Source of the DNA: Reclinomonas americana ATCC 50394
Taxonomy: Eukaryota
Reading direction: 5' to 3'
Length of the DNA stretch: 20,000 bases
Assembly: GCA_048213135.1 (NCBI GenBank)
Contig: PS015550.1
Span: 51,755-71,754, forward strand
The first letter of the stretch is position 1; every line of letters begins with the position of its first letter. Shown here in pieces: positions 1 through 9,501 of the stretch. The notes beneath the pieces are model-generated. The model did not search any database and was not told where the DNA came from. It saw only the letters and a program-made list of their open reading frames with translations. Made by a program: the position numbers and the translations under genes.

Positions 1-788
1 CGGCGTAGACGGGTCCATGGCCACCATGCCCATCACCGCCGAGCGGAAATCAATCGGACGACCGCGAGAGAGCGCTTGGTAGAACTGCGCACAGGCGTGA
101 GCGACGTGAGCATCTACGCGCTGCGTCACAGCTGTGTCGCACGGACTGCACCTGGCGCTTGAACGAGCTCGCCGGCACGCCCATGGCGTCAATCAGACGA
201 CCGACACCGTCCTCGTCGAGCAGGTGCTTGCCGTCCTTGGGCAGGCCAGCGCAGTGGACGAACAGCTCGGCGGCCTGCACGGATAGAGACGATAAGTTAG
301 GGAGGAGGAGGGGAATGAGAGGGGAAGGAGAGGGGAAGGAGAGGGAGAGAGAGAGATAGAGAGCGAGGGAGGGAGGGGGAAGGAGAGAGGGGAGAGGGAG
401 GGGAGAGAGAGAATGACAAGAGAGACAGAGAAGAGTGGAGGTCGACAGAGGTGCATATGCAGCGGAAGATATGCGTGCCTCGACAGGCGAAAGATGGTGA
501 GCATGACGAAAGCACGACGATCTGCATGCTCAGATTGCATGCAATGCGAAAGAGGAAGAATCGCATGATGATCGCTCTCTCTTCCTTCTCCTCTCATTCT
601 CTCTCTCTCTCACTCACTCACTCACACACACACACACACACACACACACTCTCACTCTGCTCTCCCTCCTTCCTCACCTTATCCATCTTCTTGCTGTCAA
701 ACTTGACCGTCTCAAACAGCGACAGCTCATCCTCCGTGAACTGCGGCTGCTCCGTCGACAAGAGCTGCGAAAACGTCGGCGATGCCAT
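1..788 (-). CDS. 5' part of a spliced gene running off the window; EF-hand-like N-terminus, possibly of an EF-hand Ser/Thr phosphatase
   Basis: Exons 788-678, 274-152 and 84-1 join through GT-AG introns (CTAAC branch point at 296-300) to give MASPTFSQLL...KMDK|AAELFVHCAG...SSFKRQ|FYQALSRGRPIDFRSAVMGMVAMDPSTP. IDFRSAV resembles an EF-hand exit. A 5'UTR intron is likely at 945-791. Confidence 0.55.
590..660. repeat. Compound (CT)n/(CA)n microsatellite, representative of many intronic and intergenic SSRs
   Basis: Seen directly; similar tracts at 950-969, 6036-6052, 6175-6195, 9248-9276, 10080-10145 and 19820-19862. Confidence 0.95.
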
Positions 789-1022
789 TCCTACAAAGAG
801 AGTGACACGCGTGAGTGTGCGTGCAAGGACATTTTCGTTCTCAAACACACGCGCACACACACAAGCGCTCTGCTCTCTCACACTGCAAGACATGCACGTG
901 CTCTGCGTGGCGACTGACGTGAGTGTGAGTCTGTGTGTGCTCACCTGCACGTGTGTGTGTGTGTGTGTGAACGAATCTGCTGCAATCAATCGACTGCGTA
1001 CGTAATCACTCCTCACTCAACG

Positions 1023-2843
1023 ATGGCAAACGAGCCTGCGGTGTATGGCCTCAAGTACCAGGTGCGCCCCTGTCTGTCTCTCTGTCTCTCACACACAGTG
1101 AAACAATGGCTCACAACTGGTTGCAGGCGCGCGCACTGTGCAATGTGCCCGCGGACTCGGATGCACACACGTTCTTTGTGGCGACGCAGGTACACACACT
1201 TGCACACACACAGAGGCACAAACAGCTGTGCTCACTCCTTCCCACTCTCTTATCTCTCACATCACACAGGCTCTGCTGTACGACAACGAGTTCTACGTGT
1301 TGGTGTACAACGAAGACGACAGGCGCATGTTTGTGCAGGTTGGTGGTGTGCATTCTCTGCGTTCATGACTTGTCATCGATCTGACTCTTGCCCGCAGAGC
1401 ATTTACACCCACAAACCCGAAGTCTGGGCACTGGCCTCGGCTCCCTGGCGCAAGTCCGTCTTCTGCTCGGCCTACAACCTCGGCTCCAGCGGCTTCCACG
1501 CCTCTCTCTGGCGTCTCCCTTGCGTTTCGTGGCTTTCCCGCGTGTGCTTCTGTTCGTCGCTGTGGCGCGCTCACCGTCGCCACAGATGGAGGACGATGCG
1601 TCGGCCGGTAGCACCATGAAGGAACTGACGCGTCTTGGTGGCGATCCGGGTGAGACGGCATCGATTCACGAGGGCTCCATCAAGTCGCTGCTGTTTGGCC
1701 CGGTGGGTTATCGGGACTCGCTGGTGACGGTGGACGACACCACAGTGCATCTGTGGACGGTGGAGGACGCTGGCGCGCATGCCATTGAGAAGCAGCATTT
1801 CCAGCTTGGCATGCAGCGGTTAGTGATGGCCGCGTGGGATACGCAGCACACGGATCGCATTGTGGTCGGCAGCGAGAAGGCTGTGGATCTGCTGGACATT
1901 CGCACCGGCAAGTTGCGTTTGTTTGCGCGTGTGTATGCTGCCTCATCTGCCTCATGTTTGTGCACGAGCTGACGCACACAACACGCTCAGGTCGATGTTG
2001 AGCTTCCAACCGCACACGTTGCCACTGAGGTGTCTCGACTGCAACCCGAATGTGCCCGAGCAGATTTGCACGGCGGGCGAGGATCAGGTTTTGTTGTGCC
2101 CGGGGTGTGTGTGAGCGGCCTTGCGTGTGGAAAATTGACTCGTTGGTGCCGTCGCAGCGCATCAGCATATGGGATGTGAGGAATACGGATAAGCCGATTG
2201 TTTCCAAGATCAGTCACAGCCACTGGTGCGCGTTGTGGCTGAGGAGGGGGCGTTCTTGCCTCGCCACTGACAACGATTTGTGTTGCGCAGGATCACAAGT
2301 GTCACCTACAACCCCTTTTACGGTGTGTGCGCTGTCGGTCATTGCGCTGCGATCGCGTTGAACTTATTGTCGTACTCGTGGCCTGCAGATCAATTGTTGC
2401 TCACCGCGTCCACCGACACGCTGGTGCAACTGTGGGGAGTTGAGTGGCGGCGTCATGCATCACCCTGTCTACATCATGATTGACTGTATATACGACCTGC
2501 AGATCGAAACAATCAGCTCTGCCGCTCGCCCTGAATCGTTACATGCACAACGCGAGTGCATGTCAGCAGAGCACCATATCTCACGCGTTCTGTTTCTCAT
2601 GCAGAACACCACAACCACCGACGCTGGTGGCACGAGTGGACAAGCACGAGGATAGTGTCACTGCTGCGTGCTGGTCAGCCGCGGGCCCGTGGGTGTTTGC
2701 AAGCTTGTCGTATGATGGTGCGCATGTGGACTTTGTTTTCCCATCTCCCGTCGATCTCGATACTCATCTCTCTCGCCGCAGGTCGCGTGCTGCTTCACAA
2801 CGTCCCACAAGGCGAAAAGTACAAGATCCTGCTGGTTGAGTGA
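1023..2843 (+). CDS. EIPR1: EARP/GARP-interacting WD40 protein (TSSC1/EIPR1), 12 exons
   Basis: Spliced product begins MANEPAVYGLKYQARAL...FFVATQALLYDN and ends [42 protein letters not shown], matching the remembered EIPR1 motifs YGLEFQARAL and [13 protein letters not shown]...KYHILL. Introns: 1062-1126, 1190-1269, 1339-1397, 1524-1585, 1912-1990, 2088-2157, 2226-2290, 2323-2388, 2439-2502, (2538 or 2556)-2604, 2718-2781. Confidence 0.93.
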
Positions 2844-2955
2844 TCAGCATTTGACCCTTGACTCCACTCACAGTGAATCCACGCTGCTACTTTCGTGTAC
2901 TTGCTGTTGATTTCTTTTTCACTCGGAGCGGTTGGCGTTCGAGAGGGACGAATAC

Positions 2956-5900
2956 TTAAATCTCACGACCCTCGTCGTCCAAGTTGCGCGTTGCGAATCT
3001 AAAGAGGGAGCCCGCATTGGTGGTTGTCGAGCTGGGTGGACTCTGCGTCGTCCGCGGACTCTGCGTCGTGCGCGGACTCTGCGTCGCGGGTGGACTCTGC
3101 GTCGGCGGTGCCGCGGCAGTGGCAGGGGCCGAGCCGAAGCGTTCCACTGGCGGTGTTGGTGAAGGTGTTGGTGACGGCGATGACGCCTCACTGGCGGCGA
3201 GAATGCTGGACGCCTTGCGCAGATCCACCGATTGCACCGCGCGTCGCGACGACGGCGCGGCAGTGAGGTCGCCGAACGGATTGGAGCTGCGGGCACTGCT
3301 GTGGCTGCTCGGTGGCGTCACCTGCATGCTGGCGTGGTGCGCGCGCATACCGAGTCGCTGAGACGACGTTTCTGACGGCACCAAGAGTGGCGGAGGGGCG
3401 CGCGTGGTTGGGGGTGACCGTGGCATGCTGCCCGTGGCAGAGAGGCGTGAGCTGTGTCGCGTGTGCACCAGTGGTGGCGGGGTCGCCGGTGGCATCTGGC
3501 CGGGACTGTCGGATCGTGCCTACCAGACAGAACGTGAGTGTGGAGGGAGATCAGCTCGAGCAGCAGAGAGCACCCACGCACCCATCCACCACCAAGCAGT
3601 GCGCCCTCTTCGTCGTCTTGCGAGTTGGTCGACATGCGTCGGTCGCCGAGACCAGTCGTCGTCGAAGACGGTGGCGGGCACACGACTGGGTCGGTGGAGG
3701 CCGAGATGCTGGAGGCGCCGTGGGCAGCCATCTGCGAGCACGTGTCAGTCACCGTACGTGCGTGTGTTCGTGATCGATGACAACGAGTGAACGAACAGCT
3801 TCCGCCACGTAGGATGCTGGCAGCTGCACTTGCACGACGAGGTTCGTCGGGGTCTTTGCCGCCGTGCCAACGTCCGCAGTGCCGGCACCCGCGACCACGC
3901 CAGTGGCCCCCGGTGCGGCGCTGGAGAGGTCGTCGAGGGTGATGGACTGCATCAGCATCGCAGAGTGAGGGGACGTAACCGTCAAAGATGCCATGTGCAG
4001 AACGCAACCGATGGGAGACCACCGTGGTGGTCGTCGATGCTGCTGATGCGCGTGGCCTTGCCCTCGCTGTCCACCACTGACCAGGTGAGCTTGGCGCGGC
4101 GCTTCTGACGCTTCTGGACCTGTGGCGATGAACGGAAGAGAGGATGAGCTCGTAAAAGAGAGTGACAGAAAGGTGCAAGTGCACACACCAGGCGGATGAG
4201 GAACTGTACAGCGACTAGACCGCCGATACACAAGAGCAGTAGTGGAGCGACAACGGTCTGTGAAGGAAACAAAAGTCAGAAAAAAACTGGCGACAGCGGA
4301 GGATCGAATACGAGAGTCGCACAAGTGGGATCCTGAGTCTGCGATGAGAGGAGACCGGAGTGAGAGCAGCGGAGCGAGATCAGCAACAAGACTTGACGCA
4401 AAGAAACGAAACAGTCTGTGCACAGAACGAGGGCACGTGAGTAGCCGGGGATGAGAGCCAAGAGAGAGAGAGACAAAGAGTAGGATTCACCCGTATGGAA
4501 TCGGTGCAATGAACCACACCATCCATTCGGCACGGCGCTGCAGCTTGTCGACCAGCTCCGATTGTTGTTTCTGCGAAGAGGCGGAGAGAAGTGAGTCATG
4601 TCGCCCTGAAAAGAAATCAAAAGAACGTGGCGAACCATCATCAGTGTGGAAACCAAAATGTACCACACCAGCCTGCGCCAGAACAATCAGTACCACTTTC
4701 CAAGCTTGATTCTCTCCACTGCCAACACACGCAACGTGGTCAACGTGATAAAGTACGAGATGAGCATGAAGCGATCGGCAAATGTCTGCGCAAACGCAGC
4801 TCGCAGGTGAGCAAAGTGCATGCGACATGAACTCATGCGAGGCGCTCACCATGGTGCCCGATGGCACGCCCAAGTTGTCTGCCGGTAGAGGGGATGGGGT
4901 GAGAGAGTGTAGATAAAAACTCGTTGACGAACATTCACGAAACAATGATACATGACGAGGGCCTGCGAAGAGGCGGAGAAGTGAGCATGAAGTGCATGTG
5001 ACACGCGATGGCGTTAACGACAGCACGCAACGACAAAGGAGTTGGTGACGAGACCAAACGACGTGGACAGGTAGTCCTTGTACGAAAGCGAGAACGACGA
5101 CAACACAATCAACTGTCGTGCGCACATGCAGTGAGCAGCATAGCAGCGACACTGGGAAGGATGAAGGGAGAAACGCACAACAATGAATATCGGCGGCAGC
5201 AGAGTCTGTGGAAGCGAGAGTTAGTTGTGGAGGAGAGGATTTGTACACGCACGCCATCCACTTGCCTTGGAGAAGCACTTGAAGTCTGCGACAGCGAGTG
5301 AGTGAGTGAGTGGCTATCTTCGAAAAGAGCAACATGAGAATGGCGACGACTCACATGGTCTGTTGATGGGCATAATGTACTCGAGCATGGGCGTGGTGGC
5401 CAGACCGCGCTTGTACATGGTCATGCCTTTGAACTGGACCAGCGGGTCGTCAAACTCCCAACCAGGAATGACTGAAAAGATCCGTGAGCACTCTGACGAA
5501 AGCGATCTCTCTCTCTCTCATCGCCTCACGCAACTGATATCATCAGCGTATCCACTGGCCTCGGGTATGAACTCCATATGCGTGACGCCATTCACCCAAA
5601 AGCGAATGTTGAGTCGCTCCACCTGCGTCACACGCAAGCAAAATCAGGCACTGGCATCAGTCACAGTCACCGCAGTGCCGCAGCGCCGCAACATCAAACG
5701 GAAAGTCTTGCGCTTCCAGCGGCCAGTTCAGCGTCGTGCGACAGATGGTGTAGCAGTCGGAGGGAAAGTACGTGCCTTTATGGACGATCATGAGCCGCTG
5801 CAAAGACAACTGCAAGTGCTGCTGCAGTGGAGACGCAACATCGCACCCACAAGCCCGCATTGTCGACCCACGGGTCCTGTGATCCATCCGCGGCCGGCAT

Positions 5901-6171
5901 CCAGCAGGCGTTCTCCGGTTGCGGAGTGCGAAAGGTGAAGACGAGAGTGGCGTCAAAGGCGCCCGTGTCGACCACCACATTCGCAATCTTCAAGAGAACG
6001 AGAGAGTGAGACAACAAGAGAGAGCAGCAAGTGTCGTGTGTGTGTGTGTGTGCTCGTAACTTTGGAGACAAAGAGGCCCACGCGGAGAGACGAGGGAGGT
6101 GATGCGGCGTGAGTGGCGCAGGCAGTGAGCAGCAGAAGGAGGAGGAGGAGAAGGGGACGAGAAGCGTGCAT
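2956..6171 (-). CDS. Cys-less (Pro-loop) pentameric ligand-gated ion channel subunit 1, about 20 exons, with an extra TM helix and a long S/T/P-rich tail
   Basis: Signal peptide MHASRPLLLLLLLLLTAC; beta1-2 VGLFVSKIANVVVDTGAFDATLVFTF; Pro-loop QDFPFD; IPGWEF; pre-M1/M1 INRPYFKCFSKTLLPPIFIV; M2-M3 YHYNLGVPSGTMTFADRF. All 19 introns (about 60-75 nt) keep the frame to the TAA at 2956. Confidence 0.82.
3036..3106 (-). repeat. Coding 18-bp tandem repeat (4 copies) encoding TQSPxx
   Basis: The core ggactctgcgtcg recurs every 18 nt and translates on the minus strand as TQSPPA TQSPRT TQSPRT TQSPPS. Confidence 0.9.
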
Positions 6172-6927
6172 GTTGTGTGTGTGTGTGTGTGTGTGCAAAG
6201 AGTGTGTGGAGTGCAGCCACCCGCTCACTCCAAGGTGGAGGAGAAGATCGATGGCCAACTGACTGACTGAGTGTTTTTTCGCAACAAGGGCGCAGCGAAT
6301 GCTTTTCGGAGTTGCATCTGAGGCATGACAGCAGCTGCATTCGTGCTTGCATCGGCCACGACACGTACAGCAGAATCGCAGCACGTCGCGCCTGCTGAAT
6401 CTTTCTGCTGCTCAACCCCGACACCACCTCTGTCACGCGCGTGTGTGTACGTGTGCACGCTTTCCTCACCTCAAGAACACCTCCTGACATGCATTCCAGC
6501 TTTGCTCGACTGGCGGTAGGCCTGTCATTGTTCTTGCTTCCCTCAGTCAGTCATTCACTCAGTTGTCGACAGATCCCGTGTCGATCGCTGGTGACGGCCG
6601 CCGTTGGTCGCATTCTACGCGTTGTCGGTCACACCCCGACTGCGCCGAGCATTCTTCCGCAGTCAACGTTCGCCACGCGGTTGCGTTTCCTGCTTGCTGG
6701 CTGCGGCACTCTTTTTGTTATTTTCCTTTCCTTTCCGTCCCTCCTCCTGACCTGTCGCGAAGAGAATTCTCGGTTTCGAGGAATCGATTCGCGTGGTGGT
6801 GCTCACACGCGGAAGCAGGTCGTCGTATTCCTTCCCGTTGTTTATTGCCGCTTCTACGAGAGCATTTGCCACCACCTCGAAGGCTCAACAGTCTGTCACC
6901 AGCAGCAGCACCACCGCCACCAACAAG

Positions 6928-7500
6928 ATGTCGATGCAGGCCTCGCAGCAACCCGACGTGGTCGACTTTATCATCACCGACCACCAGGTGATGAAGGACA
7001 AGCTGTCGGAGCTGAAGAATGCGGCCAGGGAGCAGCGCCAGTTGCTGCTGGAGCAAGCGGGCGCCATGCTGCGCGCGCATCAGCGAGCCGAGGAGCAGCA
7101 CGTGTACCCGGGCCTGGCCAATCAGGGCTCGGAGGAGAAGGGCCTGATCCAGCACGCTTTCGACGAGCACCGCGAGGCCGAGGCACTGCTGATGCAGCTC
7201 GAGGCATGTTCGATCGACTCGGCCGAGTTCGACAAGGTGCTGGGCGAGCTCGAAAAGGGCGTGCTGCACCACATGAACGAGGAGGAGACGAAGGTGCTGC
7301 CGACGATGCGACGCGAGCTGGAGCGCCAGCGGCTGCTGGACATGGGTGTCAAGTTTGAGCGCCAACGCTTGGCCGAGGTGGCCGCGGAGGCGCCGTCGGC
7401 CTCCAAGTTGTCGGCCGCCTCCACCGCCACCGCAGCGCTCGGCGGAACAGCAACAACGACCACATCATCGACCACGACCTCCTCTCGCGGAACCGCCTAG
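6928..7500 (+). CDS. Hemerythrin-like (HHE cation-binding) protein, intronless
   Basis: The metal-ligand pattern DH...HQRAEEQHVYP...EH...HHMNEEETKVLP (H, HxxxE, H, HxxxE) is typical of HHE hemerythrin-like four-helix bundles. Confidence 0.9.
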   Translation: MSMQASQQPDVVDFIITDHQVMKDKLSELKNAAREQRQLLLEQAGAMLRAHQRAEEQHVYPGLANQGSEEKGLIQHAFDEHREAEALLMQLEACSIDSAEFDKVLGELEKGVLHHMNEEETKVLPTMRRELERQRLLDMGVKFERQRLAEVAAEAPSASKLSAASTATAALGGTATTTTSSTTTSSRGTA

Positions 7501-7925
7501 TGAGAGAGCACAGCTGTAGGAAAAATAGAAAGACCTTGTTAGAGGGCAGGGCAGTCGGAATGTATCCGCCGGAAGTTGTCCCACTCGTTCTTCTTCGTGC
7601 TCGAGTGGAGACGGGGATGCGTCCGTCCAGCGTGAAGGCCGTGAATGCGACACTTGCCGTTGTGCGAGCCAAGCAGGGTGAGCTGCTCTCATCCTTTGTC
7701 TGTGGCCGACTCACGCACTGAGGAAGAGACCGCGACACACAGCTGTGAGTCGGAAGACGCGATGGATGTACATTGTGTTTCACACGATCGTGTTTCTCGC
7801 CGCCAGTGCCGTGCTCATCTGCACGGTCTACGATGACGCAGAGAATGCAGAGATGCGGTGCGTCTCTCTCTCATGATCACACTCACATCAAATCACTCTT
7901 CATTCTTACACTCATCAGGGGACTC

Positions 7926-8834
7926 ATGGAGCGCGCACGACAGTCGTTCAAGCAGGCCACATCGCTGCTGATGCAGCCGCATGTGGCCTTGTTTGTCATT
8001 GCAGCAGTTGCGGGCGGAGCGACAAGAGTTGTCTTTCATCATCATTGTCGCAGAGTCACTGACTCGATCCGCACCCTGCAGTACGCACTGTGGATTGTCT
8101 CTGCCGCCACCAAGCAGTTTGTGCTGTCACAGGTGGGCGCTACTCGCGTTGTTCTATGTCATGGCGGGCACTTCTCACTGTGTTTATCCTTGTAGCCGTG
8201 GAAGAGCGTCCTCGGCAAGTCACCCAAGGTCTGCTCCTCCGACATCTTCCACTGTCACTTGTTCGCTCACTCCCTCCTTGCCGGAAACCAACAGTCGGAA
8301 GTGGAGCGCGTGGCGCACGGCATCTCGCTCTTCGTGTACGCCATCGGCCTCATCTTTGTGCTCAGCAACTTCGGTCTCGACACCACCGTGTTGACCTCCT
8401 CGATGGGCATCACCGCCGTGGCCGCGGGCTTTGCGTTGCGCGAGTTTGCCATGAATGTGATTTGCGGACTCTTCCTGTTGGCGTACGACCAGTACCTGCC
8501 GTTGCGTCCACCACGCTGTTTATTGTGCGTTCTCCATGTGCTCACGGTGTGCACGTGTGTGGGGCAGAGGCGATCGCATCAAAGTCAAGGATTTCGAGGG
8601 CATCGTGTCGAAAGTGGTGCGTGACAGCAGTCCATCGCCCCCTTCACAACGCTGACTCCCGTCGTGCAGCATCTGCGCTACACAGTGGTGCAAGGCGTCG
8701 ACGCCAAGGACGGCCAGCTCTTCTACATCCCCAATCGCGACATGACCGAGTCCATCGTGACCCTCATCAGCCGCGCTCCCGACGCCGAGCCAGCGCCCTC
8801 TCCCTCCAGTGACGAAGGCAGCCCATCACAGTAA
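7926..8834 (+). CDS. Short MscS-family mechanosensitive channel (start uncertain, upstream exons likely)
   Basis: TM2-TM3 FVLSNFGLDTTVLTSSMGITAVAAGFALREFAMNVICGLFLL, then spliced YLP|GDRIKVKDFEGIVSKV|HLRYTVV...FYIPN, which is the MscS beta-domain signature (GDxI...G.V..I.LRxT...IPN). TAA at 8832-8834. Confidence 0.88.
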
Positions 8835-8846
8835 ACAAAAAAAGAC

Positions 8847-9398
8847 TCACAGCTTGGTACGCGTCAACAGCGGTGGATCCAGTGCCATCAGCAACGCCGA
8901 CGAGAACACCGCCGACGCCGCTCCCACATCGCCCCACCGCAGAATCGCCTCACACACCGCCTCCGCCTCCTCCACCACCGTCAAGTCACACACAAAACGT
9001 CGCACAATGCTGCAGTCCTCGCCCTCTGACGGCAACGCCAGCAGGTCGCTGCTCTCATCGCCCGCTCGTCGATGCGTAAACACCACTGCCTGCACGCGCG
9101 ACGACGAGCGGCACTCGCGCAGCATTGCCTCCACATCTACGCTCTTGGCGGCAGACACGGGCACCAGAAGCACCAGTGCATCGCAGGCAACCAGATCATC
9201 CGCGACACTCTCACGCGTGTGACTGGCAGCAACGCGCAGTGAGTCACACAGAGAGAGAGAGAGTGTGTGTGTGTGCAAGTGACAACGCAACAGCACCAGT
9301 GGCAATGGGGGTCGGAACCTGCTCACTGCCACACTCGCACATCGCTCACAGAACGTGCGCTTGCCGCTGCCGGGTGCACCACACACGACAACGCGCAT
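8847..9398 (-). CDS. Degenerate small GTPase-like P-loop protein
   Basis: MRVVVCGAPGSGKRT (G1-like), ACDALVLLV and AVVFTH strands. G3 and G4 are not canonical. Probable intron 9318-9223 containing CA/CT repeats. Confidence 0.6.
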   Translation of the reverse strand: MRVVVCGAPGSGKRTFCERCASVAVSRFRPPLPLVLLRCHLHTHTLSLSLCDSLRVAASHTRESVADDLVACDALVLLVPVSAAKSVDVEAMLRECRSSSRVQAVVFTHRRAGDESSDLLALPSEGEDCSIVRRFVCDLTVVEEAEAVCEAILRWGDVGAASAVFSSALLMALDPPLLTRTKL

Positions 9399-9408
9399 TG
9401 TGAGAGCA

Positions 9409-9446
9409 GGGTTACCTTTGGCGGGGAAAGTGCCGCGCGGTAACCC
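9409..9446. promoter_or_regulatory. Inverted GGGTTACC/GGTAACCC pair in a 103-bp divergent intergenic region
   Basis: gggttacc at 9409-9416 and ggtaaccc at 9439-9446 lie between head-to-head ATGs at 9398 and 9502. Regulatory function is inferred only. Confidence 0.35.
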
Positions 9447-9501
9447 CCATTCACTTTCTTTTGCGCCACTTGTTTTGTGTGCTATCCTCGCTTCCGTTAT
9501 C

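Noticed and set aside
1912-1990. Reading the GTTGCGT sites as non-canonical TT-starting introns (G|TTGCGT)
   Set aside because: Moving the donor by 1 nt breaks the frame unless the acceptor also moves off AG. GT...AG boundaries give the conserved protein sequence.
3036-3106. Short direct repeats as a CRISPR-like array
   Set aside because: In-frame 18-bp coding repeats with no unique spacers of CRISPR length, in a eukaryotic exon.
5798-5846. Conventional GTGCGA donor for intron 2 of pLGIC-1
   Set aside because: It gives an unusually short 49-nt intron and loses a Cys shared with the paralog. The 5839-5776 intron (64 nt, GTTGCGT) fits better.
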